Part shown: in pieces, positions 48,604-59,634 of the stretch | How positions within the stretch are numbered: position 1 is the first letter of the stretch | How the letters are laid out: the number at the start of each line of letters is the position of its first letter | Assembly (NCBI GenBank): GCA_001179505.1 | Contig: CDMY01000305.1 | Coordinates: 372,001 to 436,000, forward strand | Length of the DNA stretch: 64,000 bases | Origin: Vitrella brassicaformis CCMP3155 | Lineage: Eukaryota; Protista; Chromerida | Direction: 5' to 3' | The notes under the pieces: model-generated | Database searches by the model: none | What the model was told of the DNA's origin: nothing | What the model saw: only the letters and a program-made list of their open reading frames with translations | Translations under genes and position numbers: made by a program

Positions 48604-50882
48604 ATGAAGCGCGATAGCGTTCCTTCCTCATCATCCAGCTCTCATCACTTTGCCCGCGGCTCCGGCGCCTCCTATGTCCGCACCACCCACCATGCCCAGC
48701 ACTCGCAGACCGCCCACCGACGAGCACGGGACTCTCAGCCTCCCACGTCGTCATCGAACCTCTCGAGCCCGCTGCGCCCGTCGGCCAAGTCGCCATCGAA
48801 AGGCCCATCCCATCGGGCGTCGGGCCAGCATCAGCAGCATCAGCGAAAGGCCGCGGAGAGCGTCACACGAGGGCCGCTGGTGGGGTTGAACTGTGCGGTG
48901 AAGGCCAATGGTGTGGGCGCCCACCCGCTGGAGGACCCGCTGCGGGACTGTCTGCTGGAGTATCTGATGAGTGTTGGGCCGGTGGAGGGCGGCGGGGACG
49001 AGACGGTCGTCTACCAGCTCAGCAAAGAGATGGAAATGAGGTACGTCAGTCAGGGAAGGCATACATCTCACTCACCAGCACTCTCTCTGTGTGTATGGAC
49101 CATCTCGAGATGTCTGTCTGCCTGTCGGTGTGTGCGCCTGTCTGTAGGAATGGCGAGTGTCGTCGTGAGCTTCGGCTGTCGTCGTTTCAGCTGCGGCTGC
49201 CGCAGCCGCTCTTCTCCAAGCTGTGGGACGCCGTCAAGAACGAGGACTCATCGCTACCACACATACTCAAAGTGGCCAAGCAGATCACCGCACCACCACC
49301 ACCACCAGAAGACCCCGTCATGGCTCAGATCACCATGCAGGAGGCACTGCAGGTGGGTGAGGATTGTGTGTGTGTGCGTGTGTGTGCGCGATGGGCGGCA
49401 ACATGTGTGTGTGTGTGCGGTGTGTGTCCTTCGCTGGCGTAGACCCGGCTAGAGGTTGCGCGATGGATGTTGGGGTGTGTGGAGCCTGCTTCTGAGGCCC
49501 TGCTAGACTACGGCACCCTGCGGGCACTGTCCAATCAGATACACCAATGCGTGCAGGTCAGTGACAGACAGACACGCCCTCACCCACCTTACCTTCCATT
49601 ACCTCACCACGCCACACACACACATGCATCCATTGGCTCTGTCTGTTCCCTCCCTCCCTCCCTCCCTCCCTCCCTCACTCCCCCTCCTCCCAGGCCACAG
49701 ACGAGGCCGCCAACGCCCTCTCGCCTATCACACAGGCCACCGATCGCACCCCCCTCCCCCCACCGGATCCCTTCCGCTCCACTCCCTCTTTCCGCCGACC
49801 CGCCGACACGCACCCACACCGCGGCCGCAGACTCTCGCACTCAACCATTCCCACCAACCTCGCACACATGGCCAGCCCAGCCTTCTCGCGCAAGGCCGGC
49901 GGCGGCAGCGGCAGCGGCAGCCTCTCAAGCGAGCTCAACGCGCTGGACGAGCTGCTGTACTCGTCGCCTGACAGGAGGAGGGGGTCAGATGAGCATGAGC
50001 ATCAGAGTGACGACGGTGACTGTCTGAGGTCGCTTGACGTGAGGGGGTACAGTGGGCTGGGCGGCGTCATCGCCGGGCTGAGGTCGGTCAACATCACCGA
50101 CGAGGCAGGGGCACCACCCAGCGGCCCCCGACGGACCTTCTCGTCACCCCTGGGCGATGTCACCCGCTCAGATGACACGCCCATGATGCGCCGGCTCGAG
50201 TCGGATGGTGGGCTTGGGGGGTGGAGGAACAATCGGCGGGATGCGACTGAGCACCAGCGGGCCTCTGCGACCCTGTGGCGGGCCTTTCTGTCCGAGCGGC
50301 CCACACAAATCCGCGAGAGGTGCTCCAGCGTGGCGCAGAAGCTGGCAGAGGACGCAACGGCCAATGCAGGTGTGCCGGTGGTTACGCAGTGAGAGAGCAC
50401 ACACGCATCCACTGTGTGTATTGCCGCTATCTCATTTTCCCTGATCAGCTCGCCAGCGTGCGCTTCGTCGCGACTCAGTGGGATCCCTCCCCTCCGAGCC
50501 GCCCCCCGCCGACCACCCCGATCCCTCCTCGCCCCCCGTGACGGTCAAGGCCTTCGCATCGCTGGCCAATGCGCTCGCACTGGTCGGCCTCAAGTCCTTC
50601 CGCGTGGCGGGGGCGCTGTCTGGGAGTCTGCTGGGTCTGGGGAGGGAGCTGATGGACAGGATGGTGTGTCGCGGCATCACGCGAGTGCTGGACTGGCACG
50701 TGGGCATGGACGACCCCTTGAGCGGCGACTTCATGCGGACCCTGCCCAAGGTGCGGATCAGAAACCCCACCACTCTCGCGCTGGTGGAGAAATTCAACGA
50801 CGTGCTCCAGGTCGGCAAGTGGGCCAAGGGGAGAGAGAAGAGAGAGAAGAGAGGGAGAGAGGGTCGTGGGGGCGTGACATCT

Positions 50883-50923
<41 letters not shown>

Positions 50924-53900
50924 TTGCAGGAGCGTGTGTCGTCCTGCAGCCCCGATCAGATCGACGCTGTTCACCAGCTGCTGCACCGACTGCTCGCCAA
51001 TGTGGAGCGCAGGGACGCCCAGCTACACAGCAAGAACAAGGACAAGGACAAGAAAGACACCACAGACGGCAACAAAAAGAACTCCGACAACGGCCCCTCT
51101 GCTGCTGCGGCCAGCAACAGCGACGACGACCCCTTCTCGGCCTTTCTCAAGGCGCGCGGGCCACCCCACCCCGCCCACAGCACCAAATCCAAGATGCAGA
51201 AGAAAAGGAAAAAGAAGAAGCACGCAGCGAACGGTGCTGGGGCGAAGAAGGCTGTGTTGCACGAGGTGCCCCCAGTTCTGACGTCCATCAAGACCCCCGA
51301 GAGCGCCCACAGCGGCGCCCGCATCCGCCCGGGCACCCTCGACCGCGATGACTCGGACGACGACATCCTGCTGGACGATTTCGATCCCTCCAACACGCTC
51401 ACCCGCGCAAAGGCGGCGCTGCGCAGCAGGCGCCTGGAGCTCTCCAAGTCGCGAGAGAAGGAGAGGGAGAGGGAGAGGAGCAAGGGGGAGACGGAGGGGA
51501 GCGGTGCGGGCGGCAGCGGGAGGAGCTCGCGGGAGGGGGAGAGGGGCACATCCACCACCACCACTGGGCGGTTCACCGTGTACCCCATGAGGCGCGAGCA
51601 CATGACTCCTGATGGAAACAGGTCAGGCAGGCAGGCAGGCGCGGAGAGCGGCAGGCAGGACACCCACGCATCTCTGCGCCTTCATGTGTGTGTGGCCGTC
51701 TTCATGTTCAGGATGTCTCGCAGCAGCATGGGCGGCGCTGATGGCGGTCTCTTATCATCACCCAGCACCACCACCAGCGGCCGGTTCGGCTCCACAGACC
51801 CCCTCTTCAAGGTCTCGGCCGCTGCCGGTGACACCCCCTCACGCCCCCTGCGCCGCTCGCCCCTCCACTACGCACCAGAGGAAACACACCCACAGCCATC
51901 ACAACCGTCCCGCCCCCACCTGTCCTCTCGGTTCGCAAGCGTCTCGTCGGGCACGCCCGCGACAGACAACGCGGCCGGCGACCTGGGGGACGACTTCGTC
52001 TATGGCAGCGGCAGCAGAGGCAGCGGGGGCAATGGCAGCAGCAAGAGAGGGGCGGGGCTGAGGATCGATGACGACGACGACGTGTTGATTGAGGATGGGG
52101 GCTTGAGTGATGATGACGATGACCTCGCTGGTGGGGGTCTGTTTGGCGGGACAGATGAAGAGGGCGAGGGATGGGGGGAGGAGGAGACCGATGATGAGGA
52201 GAGTGAGAGTGACGATGAGAGCCAAGATGAAGACGAAGAGGAGGAGGAGAACGAGGAGGACATCGACTTTGCAGAACGGCTGGAGAAGGCGCTCAATGGG
52301 CTCAGTGCACAGGTCAACCACTGGGCGGGGCGGGGCGGGTGGCGTCGTTCAACACACAACCCGACAGATGACATGACGTGGGGTGGGTGATGCGCTGCGC
52401 ATGGCATGTGGGCAGGGTTTGAAGCATCTGGCGTCCATCGCATCAGCCTTCCTGACCTTCTGCGAGCGGGTCGCCGACGGCATCTCGACCGAGTACAAGA
52501 ACCTCGACTTTGAAGTCGCTCTCGCCTTGTACGCAGCGCAGCCACACACACTCCCCCCCTACACACACATCGCACCATCTACTCTACGTGTCTGTGTGTC
52601 TCTCTCTCTCCCTGTGTGTGTCAGCTTTGGTTTGGAGTTTCTGCCCAGGAGCAAGAAGGACCTGCGGAAGCGCTACCTGGAGCTGTCGCTCAAGCTGCAC
52701 CCCGACAAGAACCCCAACAGCACCGCTGAGGACTTCCAAATGCTCCAGAAGTACAAGGAACAGCTCGAGGTACGCCAGACGGACAGACACATCAGAGCTC
52801 TAGATGGCATGGCGGAAGTGGGTACGTGTCATGTGTGTGTATGGTATGGTCAGAATGAGATAGGTAAGAAGGGCAGTCGTGTGGAGGACGAGGCCGACAG
52901 CCCATCGGTGGGACTCACCCGGCTCAACGAACACCTCAGCAGATGCGCAGAGTCCATGGCACAGGCACGTCTGAGACACACACACACACACAACATCCGT
53001 CTCAGTAAATGATCTGATCCGTCTGTGTCTGTTTCTGTGTGTGTGTGGTGTGCAGGGTTATGTGTTTGATTTGCACAAGGACAAGGCGATGCTCAAGGCC
53101 TTCCTCAACATGACCAAGAACAGCAGCAACCCCAAGGACGTCCTCTTCATGCTTCTACTCACCACCAGGTCAACCCCCCCCCCCCCCCCCNNNNNNNNNN
53201 NNNNNNNNNNNNNNNNNNNNNNNNNNNNNNNNNNNNNNNNNNNNNNNNNNNNNNNNNNNNNNNNNNNNNNNNNNNNNNNNNNNNNNNNNNNNNNNNNNNN
53301 NNNNNNNNNNNNNNNNNNNNNNNNNNNNNNNNNNNNNNNNNNNNNNNNNNNNNNNNNNNNNNNNNNNNNNNNNNNNNNNNNNNNNNNNNNNNNNNNNNNN
53401 NNNNNNNNNNNNNNNNNNNNNNNNNNNNNNNNNNNNNNNNNNNNNNNNNNNNNNNNNNNNNNNNNNNNNNNNNNNNNNNNNNNNNNNNNNCACACACACA
53501 CACACACACACACTCCCCTGCCCCTCCCCTCCCCGTTCACCTCTCTGTGTATTGTATGTGTTTCTGTGCGCAGGATGGAGTGCATGTTGGATCAGCTCAC
53601 CGGCCCCGAAGGCGACACCACAGAGAAGCCAGACGACCCCGATGCGGCAGCAGCAGACAAGGACAAGGACAGCAAAGACGGCCAGGATGACGAACACAAG
53701 GATGACAACGACAAGAGCAAAGACGCTGATGACGAGGATAATGAGTCCAAGGCCAAAGAGGGCGACCCCAGTGAACCCCCGCCGGCAGCATCCGCCTCGG
53801 CCGCTGACGACGACAGGGACGACGCGGGTCGAGAGGACGACAGCGACGCGCCAAGACAGCGGCAGAAAGGTGCGGGGCGTGTGTAACGGGGAATTGATGG

Positions 53901-54937
53901 ACAAAGAGGGAGGTTGCTGTGTGTTGGTATCGTATCGTCTGCCGTGTCAGTGCCCGTGACGACTCGGGAGAAGGTGGTGCATGCGCTGCAGGCGTCGCTG
54001 CCCACATGCCTCAACTCAATACACTCCGTGCAGCAGAAACTTGTAGAACGGTAGGTAGGTACACAACCGCACACACACAGAGCCTCGTGTTGTGTTGTGT
54101 CATGCCCTGTGTGCCGTGTGTGTCATGTGTGGGTCATGACAGGCACATCGAGATAGCCCAGAGCAAGGCCAAGTGGCATCTCCGCACCAGCCGGAAACAG
54201 CTGGAGGACCTGCTGGGACAGGCAACCGACAAACATATACCAATCAGAAAGGCTCCATGCCTCCCATCTGTGTGCAGGTGGTGACTGCCATTCAGACAAA
54301 GGTGCTCAACGACCCCCCCAGCCTCCAAACCAGCATGCGACACAGATGCCGGGTGAGTAGGTCGGTGGGGTGGGTGGGTGTGCTGTCTGATTTTATTTCG
54401 CAGCACACGTCGATGTGTGTGTGTGTGTGTATTTTTGTGTGTGGTGCAGGTGGTGTGGCTGGCCTTGGACCTGCTCCCGCCCGAGATGACGTCTCTGCTG
54501 CACCTGCACGCCCTCAACGAGCTGCCGCAGACGTCAGCCGTCCTGCGACACAGACTTATCGACCCTCTCACTAACATAGCAGAGGTACCCACCTACACCA
54601 AACAACCACACACACACACACACAAAACCACAACCACCCCTCCCTGCGTGTCTTGTCCACCCACCAGCGTGGCGCCACATCGGCGTCAGTGTCATCATCC
54701 CGCGGCGGCCACATCGTCACGCTCCACGACACAGACGAGGGCCGCCGGCTGCGTCATCGGCTCGAGGGCATCATCACCGACCTTGACCACACCGTCAGGG
54801 CGGCAGAGATGCAGGCAATAGCTACTGCCACAGGCCCCGGGGCAGCAGCAGCAGAGGCCGCTGGTGGTGCCAATGATGCGACCCCGGCGAGACCGTCGGC
54901 GCACCGTGGCTATGCGGGCAAGAGAGAGAGGGAGTGA
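48604..54937 (+). CDS. Large multi-exon protein with an internal J-domain (HPD); spans an assembly gap
   Basis: Exon 52625-52769: KKDLRKRYLELSLKLHPDKNPNSTAEDFQMLQKYKEQLE. Many in-frame GT/GC-AG exons; acidic and Ser-rich low-complexity blocks. Flanking helical regions unassigned. Confidence 0.65.
53191..53490. other. Assembly gap (300 N)
   Basis: N run flanked by poly-C and (CA)n, apparently intronic. Confidence 1.
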
Positions 54938-55970
54938 CTGACTGACTGACTGAGAGCCGCCAGACGGCGTCGTCATCGTTCATGGGGCAGCTAGCTAGCG
55001 TAGAAGGGATGGCGGGGCTGAGGAGATGGGCTGGCCGAGCAGCTCAGCTGTGTGTCTGTGTCGGTGTGTGTGGTGGGGTCGGTTGGGATGGGTGGTGTGG
55101 GACGGGGGAGGGGGGGGGTGTGTGTGAATAGACTGACTGACTGAATTGATGTGGTCGAATGGCTGGGCTGCTGATCGACGCGCCGCGAGTGTGTCCTGTC
55201 CCTGGATGAGCCCTCGTGGATGTGCCTGCATTTCCTTTTGCGTGGGTGTGCCTGCATGTGATGTGTCGATGGATGGATGGATGGATGCGTGTGTGTGTGC
55301 TAGAGAGTAATGACGCAGACCAGGACAACTGTGACACCGACCGCCATTACACGACGAGACTCGACCAAACGATTGTCCGTCCGTCCCGGCCCCCTACTAA
55401 AATCCGACAGACACATGACCTGCTGAATGCATGCAGCTGCCTTACTGACTGACTGACACAGCCAGTGAATGAAATGAATGCCACCCGGCCAAATCAATGA
55501 ATTGTCTGCCTTTCGCAGGAGCACCCTCGTACGGTACGGATGCATAGCACACAGGGCACCCACCCGCAACGACCAATTAGACGCACACGTCAAGAAGGGT
55601 CACAACAGAGCAAACGTTGAAACTTGACACGGACGAAAAAAGTCCCAAGCGGTCTGTCTGTCACCACGCCGAAGCACAGCACACCGCTCCTCCCTCACCA
55701 ACCCATTTCAGGAGGGTCCGCACACTCCATCACCTTCTCTTCTCCATCCCTCCCTTCATCCATTCCTATCTGCCTGCGTACCTGCCGGCCGGCCTCCTCG
55801 GTACACCACCGTCCGGCATCCACGCAGGCACTGCCAGACCGTCAAGCCGGAAAGCAGACAAGGCAGCCGTAGGATCGCACCAGAATCGCCCCAAAACCAT
55901 CAAGTCTCAGTATGCATTGCATACACACACCCCTTGGCTCTCGATTCATGCAGCGGTCGCATCCATCTGT

Positions 55971-56249
55971 CTATGGCTGGCAAGTGATGCCGTTGAACTC
56001 TCCCACAGGGCACCGCGGCTCACACGTGTCCCCGTCAGTGCGGAAGCCGAAAGGGCAGGTGCCCCCAAACCGGGCTCTCGGCAGATCTCGCCGCCCGCTC
56101 GGGATGACCCGCTCGTTGCAGAACCGTGGGTTCCTGCACCGCTCTTGCAGCACCGTCTGCAGCCGACGTCGAAACGAGGGGCGGGGAGAAAGAGGGCTGG
56201 GGTGATGCGCTATCAGCAGTAATAAAGCCGAGACCACGACGGCTGCCAT
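55971..56249 (-). CDS. Small secreted Cys-rich peptide with CPxG motifs (oocyst-wall-protein-like)
   Basis: MAAVVVSALLLLIAHH signal-like start; CRNPRFC..GTCPFGFRTDGDTCEPRCPVGEFNGITC. Confidence 0.4.
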   Translation of the reverse strand: MAAVVVSALLLLIAHHPSPLSPRPSFRRRLQTVLQERCRNPRFCNERVIPSGRRDLPRARFGGTCPFGFRTDGDTCEPRCPVGEFNGITCQP

Positions 56250-56779
56250 AGTCTCCAGAATGGTCCACCGTGGCTTGCTATGAGCGATGCGTTGGGGAGA
56301 TACAGATGGCGGCGGAAGGGGGATGAAATGGCCGAGATCTCTTCCACTATCGGTTAAGTGAATAAGCAGATGTGCAGCCATGCTTTTGAGCATCGTTTCC
56401 CTCCCACAGAGTGCGAGCTGCGAATGCGATCCTCTCAGCTACCCCACCCCTGGAGGCGTTGAGAGGCTTTGCAGCACTCTGGCTGAGTGTTGTGGTGCGC
56501 TGCAGCTCAAGAAACAGGAGATCTTAAGATGGCGATGAATCTGCGACAATGTGTCTTGTCGATGATGGTGGCGGGGGTGCTTATCCATTCATTGGTTGCC
56601 GTTCCCCCTGCCCTCTGCTGAAACACACCCGCGCCACGGCCACTGCTGCACGGGAGATCAGCAGCTTCGCCCTCTCTTCAGGCCAACACAAGACAGCCTT
56701 GGGTCAGTCGGCTACCTGCCGGCCTTCATGAAGGCCGACAACAGCAGCCGACGACAAGGGATCGGAGTGGTGCACCAGA

Positions 56780-57286
56780 ATGGCGAACAAGCATGAAGGC
56801 GATGCTCAAGCGTGCGTTCATCTCCTGTGCGGCTTTCCACTCATCGCCCTCATCTTCCTGACGCCAGCCATGCCGGCACTGGCCGACACGCCGGAGGCCC
56901 CGCCGCCCTCGCCAGCCGCCGTGCAGCAGCTCTCCTTGCCTTCTCTGATGGTGCAGGAGCAGCCTGTCCGTCTGGATGTGGGCGGCCAGCCCTTCGCCGT
57001 CGCCAAATCAACTCTTGCTAAGCATCCCGACACTGTGCTTGGGCAGCTGGCCAGTCAACTGGGGACGAGCAAAAGAGATCAGCCGGTGTTCATCGACGCT
57101 GATCCGGCGTACTTCCCTTACGTCGTGGATTACTACCGATTCGGCGCGCCCATCTATGTGGACCGATCGGTGGACATTCGCAAGCTGGTGCGCGAGCTGA
57201 GTCGGTTCGGCATTGCGATTGACGAGGTGCAAGACATTCAGCTGCCAAAGGAAGAGGCCCTCGAAGCGCTGGCTTACCGAGTGGCC
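56780..57286 (+). CDS. KCTD/T1-type BTB/POZ protein, copy 1 (runs into gap)
   Basis: VRLDVGGQPFAVAKSTLAKHPDTVLGQL..VFIDADPAYFPYVVDYYRFG. Confidence 0.8.
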
Positions 57287-57586
57287 NNNNNNNNNNNNNN
57301 NNNNNNNNNNNNNNNNNNNNNNNNNNNNNNNNNNNNNNNNNNNNNNNNNNNNNNNNNNNNNNNNNNNNNNNNNNNNNNNNNNNNNNNNNNNNNNNNNNNN
57401 NNNNNNNNNNNNNNNNNNNNNNNNNNNNNNNNNNNNNNNNNNNNNNNNNNNNNNNNNNNNNNNNNNNNNNNNNNNNNNNNNNNNNNNNNNNNNNNNNNNN
57501 NNNNNNNNNNNNNNNNNNNNNNNNNNNNNNNNNNNNNNNNNNNNNNNNNNNNNNNNNNNNNNNNNNNNNNNNNNNNNNNNNNNNNN
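57287..57586. other. Assembly gap (300 N) between BTB duplicates
   Basis: N run. Confidence 1.
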
Positions 57587-57771
57587 CTGCCCTCTGCTGG
57601 AACACACCCGCGCCACGGCCACTGCTGCACGGGAGATCAGCAGCTTCGCCCTCTCTTCAGGCCAACACAAGACAGCCTTGGGTCAGTCGGCTACCTGCCG
57701 GCCTTCATGAAGGCCGACAACAGCAGCCGACGACAAGGGATCAGAGTGGTGCACCAGAATGGCGAACAAGC

Positions 57772-58605
57772 ATGGAGGCGATACTCAAGCATGCGTTCAT
57801 CTCCTGTGCGGCTCTTCCACTCATCGCCCTCATCTCCCTGACGCCAGCCATGCCGGCGCTGGCCGACACGCCGGAGGCCCCGCCGCCCTCGCCAGCCGCC
57901 GTGCAGCCGCTGACCATGCCCGCCCTGTTCGAGCAACAGCGGCCTGTGCGTCTGAATGTGGGCGGGCAGACCTTCTGGGTCGCCAGATCGACACTTGCCA
58001 AGTACCCCGACACTGTGCTTGGAGAGCTGGCCAATCAGCAGCTGGACACAGGCAGCGGCACTCTCGCTCGACTGGTTAATCCGTTTTTCATCGACGCTGA
58101 TCCGGCGTACTTCGCTTACGTCGTGGATTACTACCGATTCGGCGCGCCCATCTATGTGGACCGATCGGTGGACATTCGCAAGCTGGTGCGCGAGCTGAGT
58201 CGGTTCGGCATTGCGATTGACGAGGTGCAAGACATTCAGCTGCCAAAGGAAGAGGCCCTCGAAGCGCTGGCTTACCGAGTGGCCCTGGAGATGCTCGGCA
58301 AGCAGCGTTGAAGTGCATTTGTAAGGGGTGGGACGTTTTCTGCTCCGACTTTCGACTACGACAAGCTGATCTCGAGTATCGGGGGCTCTCTACCGGGTGC
58401 GGGTGCCTACGTCGATTCCATCAAGGGCAACAATCCTCCAGAGGCCGACCGGTTTAGGCTGATGATACAGGAGCAGGCTGGGAAGGTACTGCGGAGTCGT
58501 GTAGTCAATGTGAAGGAACTTCAATGGGATGAGAAGGCACAGACCTACCTGATCAAATGGGATTATTTACCAATCTACCCTCAGTGGTCTATTACAGTCA
58601 AGTAG
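57772..58605 (+). pseudogene. KCTD/T1-type BTB/POZ protein, copy 2, with in-frame TGA at 58309-58311 followed by 97 open codons
   Basis: VRLNVGGQTFWVARSTLAKYPDTVLGEL..FFIDADPAYFAYVVDYYRFG. The same frame resumes after TGA (SAFVRGG...WSITVK) to TAG 58603-58605. Confidence 0.6.
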
Positions 58606-58762
58606 ATGCATGAAACGGGCTACAAAGTTCGTCTAAGCATCAGTTCGTATCGAGCAAGCGGAGGGAAACAGTACATGCAGAAACAATGGACAACGTTCGT
58701 CAACTGTGAAAACATGTCGAACACTGCAAAGAAGCGTGAGCCATGTAACATGACACACACAT

Positions 58763-59250
58763 TCAGAACTCAGGTCCAGCCAGCCATCTCACAGCCCCGC
58801 AGCGGGGCTGGTGCACGTGTGGCCTGTATGGCCCGCGGCTGACGAAGTCCTCCGCAAACGCGCTGGCCCTCCGTGGCCCTCTGGCGGCCGCCGCGCGCTG
58901 CGCATGACTCGCCACTTGGAATGCGTTGTGCTTCATCAGCTCGACGGACAGGAGCTGGCTCCAGTGGTTGACGATACTGTCTCGGAAAGCTGTGTCCTCT
59001 TCCATGGGAATGGATGTGGGGCGAGGCTTTCGTTTGTCGATCATCTTGAGAAAATCCATGGTTTTCTCTCCCCATCTGCCAAATGTCTCCGCAGCGAGGG
59101 GCACGAAGCGGAAACCGGCTGCTTGGGTGATTGGTCCATACTTGTTGATCTTGTCTTTCTCCGCAAGCTGAGCCGCCTTGCCACCTGGAAGCTGTGCACC
59201 ACGCCAGTTGACTGTTCGGTGGAAGGGGTGGGCGACGACACCGTTAGATT
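58763..59250 (-). mobile_element. 5'-truncated non-LTR retrotransposon relic, C-terminal restriction-like endonuclease (REL) region
   Basis: PGGKAAQLAEKDKINKY..GFRFVPLAAETFGRWGEKTMDFL matches the AExxKxxKY..FxPxAxETxGxWG tail of R2/CRE-like ORFs. No RT upstream. Confidence 0.8.
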
Positions 59251-59634
59251 TCGATGCGCTGGTTGTTGGGGTTGTCGTCAGGCGGGGTAATGCCGAGGCT
59301 GTGCAGAGACACCTCCACATTGGAGGGAACATCTGCCTCAGCCTGTTATCCTATATGTATCATTGAAGCTCATTCACAAATGACAGGACATTTTACCGTG
59401 ATCTGTTGTCCTATATATAGCATAACGGATAACACCTATATGATATCCTGACAGCGCTTTCTGCTGGGCCGCTCCTCCCTCCTGGCCACGACCACTCGAA
59501 ACTTGCTTGATGGACGGTAGACATGGGTCAGTCAAACGGTCAGTCCAAATGTTCCCATCACATCCCTCCATCAAAGTATCTAGTACACTTCACTTACGAC
59601 ATCATCTCATCGGCCCACCCACTCACTCATGAAA

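Noticed and set aside
58606-58665. SECIS element for the BTB TGA
   Set aside because: The 3' GA of the quartet is out of register, and a second in-frame TAG argues for decay.
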